A model generated the notes under the pieces. It ran no database searches. It saw only the letters and a program-made list of their open reading frames with translations, and was not told the DNA's origin. Shown here one piece after another: positions 51,938-64,000 of a DNA stretch of 64,000 nt (position 1 is its first letter; each line of letters starts with the position of its first letter). Both the position numbers and the translations under genes were made by a program. The stretch is from Ptychomitrium polyphyllum (taxonomy: Eukaryota), in assembly GCA_973851085.1 (NCBI GenBank), contig OZ316775.1, forward strand, positions 9,052,001 to 9,116,000, given 5' to 3'.

Positions 51938-53223
51938 GTCGATTTGCTTTCGAAATGTTTTGTCAACTCTCGTCGAATACTTTCAGTAGGAGTAAAATCT
52001 CATATAATACTTGAAGTTCGGCAACTTGAGTTTTTCTCTTCCGAGGGTCCAAGCGTTTGCCCCTGTTAATAGTTTTCTGAAAATATACCGGGACTGCATT
52101 ATGCAAACTTGCAGTCGGTACACAGTGCTTTCAGGATTCACGGCGACGAGGAATCTACGTGCTCGATGCTCAGTCTTCGTCCCAGGATTATCTGAATGCT
52201 GAGGCGGTCACTGGGAGCTTGGTCCGTAAAAAACTAGGAACAAGTAACCCAATCACAGGCGAAGTTGCGAGAGTCAAATAAACCGCAGAAATTAGTACCA
52301 CTACATACCATATCTTCCTTTTAAACTAAATGCAATTAGTGTGCCACAGCATTGTTTCAGCTGTCATCTTGAGCGCCAGAGAACCAGTGCACAAATTCAA
52401 CTGACCATAGGAGATAAAAATGCCATTGTCACTATGCAGTCTCGCTGTCCTGTAACAGCTGCACTTAGCGACGTTTCCTTTAAAAATATTGCCTTGGGAG
52501 CACTATTCAGTCCATTGTTCGAGGAGGTTTTGTCCGACGAAGTGCGTTTCCAAATTTGAATATTCTTAATATCCAGTTTCTAAGTCGCCAATAGTTGGAA
52601 CTTTTTCGAACGTCCTTCATATGTGTTATTCTAAGCTAATAGCACAAATTCTGAATGGTTATGAATAATGCACAGTACAAAGCAATTGGAAAGTTTTAAT
52701 AGTGAAAATGTTTCACTCTCCCTGAACCTTGCATGCAATCCAGAGATTTGACACCAATGTGCCCTTGGATGAATGAAACGTGGATCCCCAACTAAGCACA
52801 TGAACTTGCAGATGGACAACATTGGTTGGGGACTCTGGTACATCCTCTGATGCCGTGTGCTTGAATCTTGTATAAAGGTGTGTGGTGCAACGAGTTTGAC
52901 CAGTGCAGCAGTTACACCCCTTGCTGCGGTGGATCGTGCATTGAAGGGTTTCTAGCAATCCAGATGCCTTTGTAGAACTCGGTTTGTAGAGTATGGTAGC
53001 ACGTTGTGTCGATTTTCATTGAGCTGCGAATCGAAGGCGTTGCAAGTTGCACACCATTACTTGGACACATTTTCTGTGTAAAGAGGGCACAATTCTCTGG
53101 CCACTGGTGTAAATTCATCGTGAAAGACTCGATCCAGTTCTGCACATCATGGCGTCTGTTATCCAATTAGGAGCTGGAGTCCAAGCGACAAAATATGCTA
53201 ATAGGCGCTGATCTGATAAAGCA

Positions 53224-54568
53224 ATGGTGAAGGGGGCGACCACCAAAGTTATGGAGAAGCTAACCCATCTTCACGAGATTCTATCGTGCCTTGTCGCAGG
53301 TGTGTACGCTACAGATCGTAGCCAGAATGATGCTTCTAAATGTTGGATGAGTATTGGTTACCAACCTATCGCGATTGATCTCGGTGCTGACTTTGACCGT
53401 CCCCGCAGAATGGTTGGTGATCTTGCAGTTGGAGAGGGAGTTCCCCGTGCTAAAGCGCGGATGATGCTCTTCCAAAGAAATAATCGGGTACTAGCTGGAA
53501 CGCCATCTCAATGGCATTTAGAGTGTTTTCAGAGTTGAAAGCTTTTTCCCACCTTGTCCACGGTGCAACTATTCAAGTGTCAGAGAACCGGATTTTATAA
53601 TTGCTCTTATTCCCAACTGTGAAGGTATTTTAAATTTTTCTTAATCTGTTATGGTGCAAGTCACTATCTAGCTAGGTTTGTCTGGGAACATCTAGAACAA
53701 TTTGTCTTAGTATTCTTTCAAGTCTCATTCAATCTGGGATAATCTTTGGTGCTTATGCAGCGAGACGTAAACGGTAAAGTCCCACCGACGCACTGCTGGA
53801 AGCGAACGGAGAAGGGAATTGAGGAAATTGTGCGGCCCGAGTTCGTGTTTGCTATTCGGGGTACCATATTTAAGAATATTGAAGATGTAGTGGATGACTT
53901 CAAGGTGGTGATGGAGACATTACATGCAGAGGCACACTTATACGAGCACGTTCCAAGTTTGATTCTGGCAATTAATCAGAAATACACAACTGTTGGTCAT
54001 GTGTTCGTTGCTGGTCACTCTCTGGGGGCCGCACTCGCCATCCTTGCTACTCGTTCTATTAATATTGATCACAAAGTTCTCGTCCAGACTCATGCCTTCA
54101 ATCCACCCAACGTCTCCGTGGATATACTGGTCAGGAAAGTTTTTATTGGCCTAGTGAACACCACCAGCGACGTGGCTAGATGCCTCTTAGGTCAAAATGT
54201 TCGACAAATTACTCGAGATGTTGGTGATGCGGTTGCAAATCTTGCTGACACGTACATGAAGCGTGCGCTTGAGATAGTGTCGCCAACGTTCTATAATGAG
54301 GTAACAACTGAGGCCGGCGGTTTGTTGTAGAGACGCTACGCTCCATATCTTTACGTGAACCCGAAGGATACTATTTGCAATGAATACATTTCAATCTTCA
54401 ATCTTCCGGCCAGGAGTTCCACCTCCTCCAGGATCCTCTACGGCAGCTCCAATTGCATAAGGATGGGGTATCAATTCTCGATCTTATCTCGGTTTAGTTC
54501 CTGCAGCGCATTTGATTATTAATTGCTGGGCAGAGGGATTTCCTGAGGCTCATGAACTTCATCAGTAG
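53224..54568 (+). pseudogene. Class-3 lipase / alpha-beta hydrolase (At4g10955-like), disabled
   Basis: SCLVAGVYATDR..CW; likely intron ~53488-53760; FVFAIRGT, VFVAGHSLGAALA, HAFNPP; TAG at 54328-54330 followed in frame by RRYAPYLYVNPKDTICNEYI; frameshift to LVPAAHLIINC..EAHELHQ*, where the family has AHGxxQW. Confidence 0.8.
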
Positions 54569-55261
54569 TATCAATACCCCACCGTCGACTCAAGGGTGTA
54601 CGACGCGCTACTCCCTGACGGTGAGGTTCGGAATGCGTTATGAAATAATCGGTAAAGAAGGCTGGTGGTGTAGACGGTTGGTAACCAAAGTACGGAACGG
54701 GACAGCAGCAAAAACAAGGTTTTGAACTGCTATTGTCAGTCATAGCAAGGAGAACCAGTGAGAGTGGAGTTACAGTATAGCAGCAGGACTACTGCGTACT
54801 ATTTTCAAAGAAAGTTGCTGCGAGGCACTGAACAGTACGTACTTGTAGAGTTCGGAATCTGTGGAAGGGAGATGCCTATATAAGGCGTGTAACCACAGCA
54901 GAGATACATGTAGAATACGCCTACATATTGAAGGAAAAGAATGCATTAAACATGTGACAACCAGCTCATTTTTGTGATAGTCAGGGGTTTGATGTTTCTT
55001 GAACCTAGAAAGACTCAGAAAGCTGTTCATCGCTAACAGTCGGGGTGGTCTATTCATTACATGCAACCATCTAATGGGCTTTTGTATGCTGCTAGCAAAT
55101 GCCTGGTTTGTCACCGTAGGCCTTTGTGAATAAGTAGTGGTATATTTGACTTGTACTGGTGGCCCAGAGTTTGTTCTTGTAGGCAGCCTTGGGAGTCGAC
55201 AGAGTCTTTCTCCAATGTGATCTCACATGCTTGACGAAGTTGCTCTGATGAAGCATGAGAG

Positions 55262-55520
55262 TGTTCAAAATGTTCAGAATGTTCTTGACCAAGGCAATAT
55301 TGTATTCGGCGGCAAAAAACTGTGCGCTATTGACTTGTGCCTGTTTTGTACTGAAGCATTTAAGATACTGGCGCTCTCCTTACCATAAAGAGTACAGACT
55401 TAGAGTGTCCTTCCCAATTGCAAGGGTTTATACACCTTGTAATAAAGCACTGGACAGGGAATGTGTGTATTCACTTCATACTTTTAACACGTTATCAGCA
55501 CGTTGTTCTACCCATTTGAG
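55262..55520 (+). mobile_element. Ty1/copia-type LTR end plus primer-binding site complementary to the 5' half of a tRNA-Ile-like RNA
   Basis: Candidate LTR tgttcaaaa(55262)..AATAAA(55441)..ttttaaca(55489), followed directly by cgttatcagcacgttgttctacccatttgag. Its reverse complement (ctcaaatgggtagaacaacgtgctgataacg) resembles the D-arm and anticodon region of eukaryotic tRNA-Ile. The LTR 5' boundary is tentative. Confidence 0.55.
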
Positions 55521-57333
55521 AGTGCTCTAGGGGTTCTTCTTTGTTTGTATTTCTTGTTGTGCAATCTAGTACTCTCTCTCTTGGTGCCTAGTCCATTCCT
55601 CACTAGTTGTAGAGTCTTATTTTTAGTGTATATTGGTTCTTGCCTCCTGCTTTTGGTGTCCACTAGTTTATAAGAGTTTGTAAGTAAGTTTGTTTCATGA
55701 CGGGTACAGTTTGAGCCACATTTTGTACATTTTGAGCGAAAAATCTGCTCAAAGCATCCAGTTTTTTTTATTATGTTGCAAGGAAGCTACACAAGAATTT
55801 TCATGCCCTTTGTGAAATAAAGTATGGTAGATTTTGTGTGTGGGTGTCTGAAGGCTGGCATGTATAGATCTTGCCTGGAATTAGGCAATATCCAGAGACC
55901 AGTAAAGAATCTATATTTATATGGTTTTGTGGAGGAGGTTGAGAATACAAGCTAACTTGGTGAAAAAGCTTGAATCCATCTGGACGGTTGGATTGGGAGA
56001 TATTGGATAGAAAAATTTGGGAAAAAACCTCTTAAGAGTAAAAGTGGAGTTAGAATACTTTGTCACATGGTGTTTGATTTTGGTGTCCTTAATGTAGGTC
56101 GATCCCTTTTAAGATAATCACATCAAATGTACAAGTTTTAGATGCCTAAGAATTCCCAAATATGACTAGGTTATCAGTCATCAAAGTTAACCAAAAACTG
56201 AAGACTGTTGTCTGCCAAACCCAGTCTCTAATCTGTGCGGTCTGAGTCGACTTTTGAGAATTAACTAAACCGTCACCAGAAACCGCAAATTCATGTAGAG
56301 TCTACTCCGTCATATCCGAAATGGCAAAACTCTTGATAATTGAACGATGCACCCTAAAGTTACAGTCGGATGAAGTTCGCTGATTTTTCATCAACAATTT
56401 GCTGATGTCAGTGGAAATCAGCAGCTGTTCATCAAATGCGATTAAAACATCCTGGAGGGTAGCGCAGGGATAAAACAGTGACATTAACGCTAAAAGAGGC
56501 GATTAGAGGGTCACAAGACCTGTACAAGGGTATGACGCGGGTACCGACGTATCGAGGGGTACTGAAGCAGTTACTGCCCTGCAGCTGTAGGCCAGAAACT
56601 ATGGCGCCTGCAAGGGGCCTCTGGACAGTTACTGAGGAGAGTCAGGGAGGCTCTCCTCAGGGAGGCTCTCCTCAGGAGGGGCATATCTCCCAGAATACGA
56701 ATCCAAATCGGACGTTTGAGCAGTTTAATGACATCTACGCGAAGTGTAGATGCCGATAGAGCGGTTGCTTGACGCATTTGGAGCTTGGACGCGAAGGATA
56801 TTGGACTCTGAATGCCAGCAAGGAGTCCGGGAGGCTCCCCTAAACTTATTGTAGGCTCCACAAAGATCTATCTTTGTACACCTGACCAAGTTGCATCTAA
56901 AGTCCTAATATTAGCAACATTAGCAACATTAGATAATTGTTCTTCATCATTATCTTGTTCAAGTCTTGAAAATTGATGCAAATTCACAAATTTATTTTTT
57001 TTCCTTCACAAAGGATATAAGCACACTTAGTGAAGGCTTAAAATGTCAAATGAAGTCCTTCACAAAGTTTTTTTCAATCAAGTTCTTTAAACACCAAGAG
57101 TATATCTTATGATAGCTTATAAATTGAGCCAAAAGGTAATTGTGTTCTTTGTTTCAAAATATATTAAATTTGTATTTTTTAACAATTGTTCTTTTGTAAT
57201 AATACAAGCATAGACCTTCTTCCATTATATATTATTCCCTTCTACAACTAAAGGTTTAAAATAAATTGTATCAATTACATATTTTCTAATTCAAAGTGGA
57301 AAATTAATGTAATTGTTGAATTTATAGGATAAG

Positions 57334-57447
57334 AACTAGCAAAATGTTGTCTTATTGATGTTTATATATGATAGTCTTGACAACATTGGAACTAGCAAAA
57401 TATTGTCTTATTGATGTTTATATATGATAGTCTTGACAACATTGGAA
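57334..57447. repeat. 56-bp tandem duplication
   Basis: aactagcaaaat(g/a)ttgtcttattgatgtttatatatgatagtcttgacaacattgg twice, one mismatch. Confidence 0.9.
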
Positions 57448-59625
57448 CAATCATTTATTGCATTTTCCAACTAAGCTCATGATATTAATAAGTGTCCAAG
57501 GATTTAGTAAAGATAATAAGAAGTCTTTCACATCATCCCACAATTCCTAATAAAATGAATTCATTAGAGCTTCTTTATTCTGATTAATATCACACTGATA
57601 CATAAATAAAAGCAAAACATATTCTTTTTTACAAGAAATGGAGCTTGGCAATTGTCTAATTGGCCCTATTGTGTTCTCCAAGTGCTAATTGTTGAATAGT
57701 AGAATGGCTTTATTGGGATGCAAGTACAATAGCATTCTTGAATTTAAAAATTAAGAATAATGGTTGTATTATAGGCTTAGTTACTTCAAGCTTTACATTG
57801 TTCAAAATTTAGAAATGAATTCTTCAGTCCTTGCAATATTAATAAAGAGAGTGATGAAAGCATATATATTATAATAGCATTTAGACTTGGAAGAGTCATT
57901 CATATTAACATCTTCGTCTTTTTTCATTTCAAAACAACAAAATAGATTCCTATAGAAGAGAATTTGAATTTAGAGGAGGATAATCTACAACTCCTAAAGC
58001 ATTTAAGGTGCCTTCAAGGAAAAAAATAATCCACTCTTTGTTAAGAAAAATCAAGCTTTAATATTGGTGGAGTAATATTGACAAAATATCATGAATTTAA
58101 AATTACAAAATAAAAATTTAGTGAGGAGAAATTTCAAAAAAGAAATGACAAGAATTAGGTTAATTTTAATGAATATAAGAAGAACACTTATTTAAGCTTT
58201 TGACTTTCAGCTAAGTATATTATTAATAATGATTTAGTCTTCAAATTAAATATTGGAATCCGAAAAACTACAATAAACTTCAATGTTGACAAACCATTAT
58301 ATTTATGGAAATGCCAAAGGCATGAAGATTTTAATAGTGAAGTATTTTTGGTTTCATTTTGAAGTAATTTAGACATAATGAAGACAAATTTATTTCACAA
58401 TATTTTCAAAACGTAAATTGCATGGAACGTTTTTTACAATTTAACAAATTCATGGAGGTGTGCACTCTTTAATGCATTCCTATCATTTCCAATATAATTA
58501 CTACAAGGACGTAAATACCACGCCATATGAAACAAACATCTTCTTTCCTAAGTGAATTCTCCAACTTTGCAACGTTCTTGTGAGTTAAAAAATGCTCCAA
58601 CTCATGAACCATAAAGTGCATTACAAAGGTTACAGAGGCTAATTGCATGACATAATGACTTTTTACAACAAATTTGAGGAATTACAGAATTTTTAATAAC
58701 ACTTTATACCATCTAGTGTTCTTCTGTCTTCCTGGACTTGATGAATAATTTTGACCAAGTGGGCCCCTTTGTTGTAGCATGAACTCATTTTGTGAAAGAA
58801 CTTAAACGCTGTCAGTCGCTCCTGTTCCACCAATCGTAGGAAAATTTGAAAGACCTCTGCGTTGCAAGACCGGCACCCGTCTTGCATTTGCATCTGCCGA
58901 CCAAGTTCTCGCTACTTAATGTAGGTACCTTTTCTGCATACACAGTACTATACTGTACTGCCTAGTACTGTTCACTTCGCTATTTGAGACGAAAGGAAGA
59001 ACTCGGCTGCTCTGCAGACGCAAGATCTTCTGTCTAAGCCTTCGAAACAAAAAAAATAAAATTGCAAGCAGACTCACATTTCAATGTTGTTTGAAGCAAT
59101 CGGCATTGTAAGTTCATGAAAAAAGGAAGTGCAATAGTGACTATACTGGGATTAAAAAGTAGCCTATAAAACTGCTCTATGGCCACAATAGCCATTTTAT
59201 TACAATAGTTGGCAAATTGAGCCTGCCACATACATTGAGTATACGAATTAAAATAGATTAAAAGAAACCTGTTATTGTAGCCAATTCTATCTGAAAATCA
59301 TGACTAAACTTTAAACCTCGAAAAATGACAAGTTTCCGTCATCTCGGGTCACTTGTTATTGAATAAAACACCACATGGATGGACTAAAACAGACAAATCA
59401 CATAGAGGGATCTAAGTAGTCCTCGGTACTGAAGTTTCCTTCGCCACAATAGCTCCTTGCCCGCGGCCATCCAGCTCGAAAAAGCAACGGAGGCTCACCG
59501 ATACTCAACCATTTGCTTCACAGCTTACTACACTTGATGTGCTTGCTCCTTCCGATCTTCTCAAGGATTCAGAGAAAACCATGGGCGCATTTAACGTAGA
59601 ATGATATTCACATCCACATGTTTCG

Positions 59626-61005
59626 TTAGTACGCGTAGAGGTAGGACTGGCCTGTGAAGGGAGAGCCCCATTCCATGCCCTCAGTTCTAGAGGCGATTGT
59701 CGGGGGGTTCCCTCCATATGTAGCACCAATTAGCGCAGCGGTGTACTTTCCGAACGGTGACCTGAAAATCATAAAAGATGGCATGTTAAGGACATAGAGG
59801 AGTGCATACCGACATCAGAAAGAACAAAATTAAGCAACACACGTTAGCGGAAAAGTAGAAGAGTGGGCACTTACTGTGTGCCTGAGGAAGTAGTGATTTT
59901 TACTAACTGCCAAGGGCAACTTTCTTGTGACATTCTGAGGGAACTGCTCCTGAATCCTACGAATGAGAATGCATTGGGAGCCCTGAACTGAAATCTCAAG
60001 TTTCCGCCCTTGACGGTTCCACACTTTCCGACGTAGTTACCGCCAGCAACATCAGCCATGGATGCGAAGAAGCCAATGTAACACCACTTGCCGCCCACGA
60101 ACCTGTACATCATCTTCCCCTCCAAGAAAACTGTCTGAACAAACGTTCCTGAAGGCTTAATAGAAACAGGAACCTGAGGAGGTTCACGATCTTGAGTGTA
60201 GAATGTGAACTTTCCAGTGAATGGGACGGCGGATGTTGCACCATAAGATGTGCACAAAGCCTTGCTAGGAGGCAATCCACCTCTCGTCCCAGTAAGAGAC
60301 ACGTATGCAACCTGCTCTCCATCACCTGAACCGCGATGTATTTTTACAAGTGCCAAGTACTCGGAGATGGACGATGTAGCGACTTTCATCGATGTCAATG
60401 GGGAGGCTGCACAAAAAGATCAAGTTTGTCAGACGCAGCAAGGACTACAGAATAAAATGACCATTACGAGTATACAATAACTGAAGACATTAACAATGGT
60501 TATATATATTTTAAAGTCAAACCACCTTGCAGACCGCTAATAGCGTTCCCGCCTTCATAGGATCCTCCAAGAGAGTTGATGATGTTCCAATAATAAACAA
60601 CAGACCGCGTTTTCGAATCGTAAACGGACCAATACTTTGCAAGTCTTGCATTGTTGACGCCATATACATTCGCAAAAGATCCTGTCCTAGTCCACATCCC
60701 TCCTTTGCAGATGTAGTTCTGCACTCCTTTCTTGATTATCCCTGTGAACCCAGGGCTGCAATGTAACAAAAAACGCTAAGTCAATGTCAAAATGAGAACC
60801 AGAACTATCCCAATAGGACCAATATGCCTAACAACCTCCCTTCTTACCAAAACTATCACCCAGGAAATATAAGAAGAAAAATAAACATTTACTTAAGTGC
60901 AATATAAATTTACCTATATCCCTTGGGAGGAACCAGGACATGTGCAGAGGCAACGCTCCATAATAGCACCGCAAAGACACACAGGAGGATTGTCTGCTTG
61001 GACAT
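59626..61005 (-). CDS. Secreted protein with two tandem DUF3455-like domains, 4 exons
   Basis: Exon 61005-60914 MSKQTILLCVFAVLLWSVASAHVLVPPKGY (signal peptide); ~60755-60526 SPGFTGIIKKGVQNYICKGG..ISGLQ; ~60406-59875 ..YVSLTGTRGGLPPSKALC..AVPFTGKFTFY..EGKMMYRF..CPWQLVK; 59761-59626 ..ATYGGNPP..SPFTGQSYLYAY*. GVQxYxC, TxGGxPP and VPF/YxxxY/FxFY are DUF3455 motifs. The frame is intact across the junctions checked. Confidence 0.78.
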
Positions 61006-64000
61006 TTTGCTGGCGGAAGATACTAGTGTGTTAAGACTTCTGAATGGACACTGTTTCAGCTCACCACCACATGGCAAAAGGTTTGCAACTTCTTGTCAGG
61101 AGTATCTGCAGGACCGCAACAAACTCCTATGTGAGATTCACTACACCGGATAGAATCCAACTATTGTGCATAACAGTGACTACAAAAAGCTTGCAAAACG
61201 TCTGGAAAGTAGTTAATGAGGAACACATAAACCTGACACACTAAAGTGTTTCCTCCTTACACATGAGACTCTAAGCACTCTCTAAATCTGTTCTCAATCA
61301 TCGCTCCCAATCATCGCTCCTAAAAAATAACGACATTTTTAATACAAAACGACGGCCGCATCCAACCACTTCCAACTCCCACAACAATCTCCTTCAGCGT
61401 AATCGGTTCACCCTGCGCTTACAGTTGTTGACGTCTACGAACACTGCTCCGACTCTGACGAACCCTTACACTTAGAAACCTCCCAGAATGCTGTGCCCCA
61501 CATTAAGCAAGTTAGTTTCAGGTTCATGCCTATGAAGTGCTGGAGATGTCGAAGCAGTTGCAAGTCCACACCCCAGGATCCAGCTGTGCGAGTTGACAAT
61601 TAAGCACTAAGGATGGCGCGACCTTATAGTAAGGCTACATCTGCTCAAAATGCCAAGGATAACACTCCGAGCACGTTCCGAATCCTGGGTTAAGGCTGCC
61701 AAAAACGATAGCGCGCCAGATCCCGTCTTTTTAGCGCGATCTGAAGTGAACTAATAATATCATAACGCTTTCAAGTTTAATATTTCTTTATGGCACGAGA
61801 GACCCTTCCCTAGTTGCCGTTATTTCCCTTTAGTATGAACCGAGCATGCTGCTGCGCGCGTTCCTTTTTTCAACTTCCATCTGGTCCCGAAGGCGTGGGA
61901 ATTACGAGATAGCATTCTGAATGATTGCTTTTCTCTGCGATAGTAAAACATCAATGTCATAGAGCAGTGTTTCCGAGAATGATTATCAACAAAAACCATC
62001 AGACTAGTGTCAAATGAAGTCGTTCGAGTTTTCGAACTATTTTCCTTCCCACATTCTACTCTCAGTTCCTCCACTACACACATCGGGTTCCAGCGGTTCA
62101 CCCGGAAGTGACTTCCAACACTACTTCCTCCACATGGCCACAACGTCGGAATCTGTTCTTTTTTGAAAATGCTGATGCTTGACTGCTGTGCACCTACCGG
62201 ATAAAGCGGAAAGTAGGTGCGGTCCACATTTCTCGTGCCACCTCTATTTAGAATCCTATCACACTACTACGCGTTAACTCCCATCTCCACACTAAGTCAA
62301 CGTATGATACTAAACACGAGCTCGAGGCCTCTTTGAATCTAACACTCTACTCATGCTTCACATGCAGCTGGCCCCGTTGTTATTACACCATAGCTTCACA
62401 GAAAATCCAGCGACCTGTAACACCACGTTATCGAAACTAGAACAATCTTCAAGCATGCTACGTCAACATGAACGGTAGAGGTTGCGAAAGTCCAACAATT
62501 CTGGAGTCTGCAGCTGTGCCTAGGTAGTGTTCTCTGTCTCTTCTGGACAAACTTTTACGGCAAGAATCTCGGCGAGCAACTCAAATGGTCACAGCTATCT
62601 AAAAGCATGGAAGAGTTGGAGCTAGTGAGACAGACCTCGAATACAACTTCCGGAAGTATCGCCCGGCTTCGACGTACAGCATGCGCAATCCAGCATCCTC
62701 AGTAAGACCTCGGTGATGCTGTCCGCAATGAGCTATCCTCTTGAAATCCATGGAACCAAAGCCATCTCCTTCTAACTTAATGAAGCAGCTGCCATCGCCA
62801 TATGTGGCTGTTGTTGTTCTCCTTGGGCAGTAGAGTTCTAGCTGACAAAACATTCCGAGTAATTCCTGCATGCGTTTCATGAAGAGAAGATGTGGCGCTG
62901 CAGGAACTCGGAGCAGAAAGAACAGCGGCGGCATGATTAGCTTGATGACGCCACTGGACCCAAATCCTAATTCATCTTTTGTAGGATACAGAGTGAGGAA
63001 TCGGCCACTTCAATGCATCCATGATTGGCCATTTGCTTTGAGACTTAGGGCTGCTTTACATTCGGAGAAGAAAATAAATTTAGCCCTATTAAGGCATACT
63101 TGTATTATGCAATGGAGAGGTCATGGGAGAACATGGAAAGACATTAGAATAATCAAGATGGAAAGATGGAAATCTTTTTTTCTTTAGGAACTAGCTCTGG
63201 GGTTGCTATTTGATGAGCACTTTGTCAACAAGAGAAATTTTTTCAGCAATAGTTGTTGTTATGTAGGTGGCCAATTCCTTTTCTCATCAACTTTCATATT
63301 GCTTCTCTTATGAGCAAGGAGACAAGGTGTCAAGCATTATAAGTTATAAGAGAATTTGAAAATTTTGACCAACTATAATATTGGTGTAATTTTTTTATTA
63401 TGGCAATAACATCTTTCCTTGTAGACAATGGACAAAGGCATAAAATAGCCCTTAATATTGAAGTAAGATTCTATTGTAATTTTTTTTTGATTCAAATTGA
63501 TGTGATACATGTGAAATATTTTAAAAATCAAAGTAGTATATAATTAAATTTTAACATAATTTTTATTTGATAATTTTTTTTTTTTAAGGATTATTTTAAG
63601 GTATAGTGTGGTTTTTTTAAATAATCATTTTGCATTTAGAAATGTTATTTCTTCTTGAAAAGTATGTTTTACTAAGAATTGAAGAAATTTATACGTTGAA
63701 TTATCAAATTAGAGTCATTTCTTCATATATTTAGTATCATGTGTCTTTAATATCATTTATTATTAATTTCTACTTTCTAAGATGAAAATTAATATAAAAT
63801 TTAATGATTATATTGATGTAATTATAGGTTTTTTTGTCAAATGTTATGAAAAAAATAATTAATTTTAAAAATATTTCCATTGACGAAATATTTTGATAAT
63901 AGTATAACATATTATATATTTTTTTACTTGATTACAATTCAATTACTTAATAATAATTTTCTTAAAGCATTTACAAATTTATATATTGTAATTCTTTTCA

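Noticed and set aside
54328..54330. Programmed stop-codon readthrough in the lipase
   Set aside because: A further frameshift and nonsense codon downstream make pseudogenisation the simpler explanation.
56478..56861. ORFs containing the 15-bp duplication cagggaggctctcct, as a possible gag remnant
   Set aside because: No gag, zinc-knuckle or pol motif is recognisable.

Overview
Eukaryotic, intron-containing land-plant DNA. Gene content and intron style suggest a bryophyte (moss-like), but the species cannot be confirmed from the sequence alone. Eleven apparently intact genes were reconstructed by hand from GT-AG exon chains: a two-pore channel (TPC), TRAPPC1/BET5, an ExoIII/APE-family AP endonuclease, an Abraxas/FAM175-like protein, two tandem L-ascorbate oxidases, a GT47 exostosin glycosyltransferase, RPS21, TIC20-V, a kinase-PP2C fusion, and a secreted protein with tandem DUF3455-like domains. 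Three disabled genes are present: an inverted ascorbate oxidase fragment, a permuted-papain (PPPDE/DeSI-like) peptidase and a class-3 lipase. AT-rich repeat or TE-derived blocks carry minisatellites and an LTR end followed by a half-tRNA-type primer-binding site. The most notable points are the animal-type TTAN/VNN selectivity filters in the TPC, the double DUF3455-like gene (a horizontal-transfer candidate), the decayed peptidase/lipase cluster at 50-55 kb, and intron and 3'-UTR evolution in the ascorbate oxidase trio. No CRISPR arrays, rRNA or complete tRNA genes were seen. All family assignments come from motif recognition; no database search was run.
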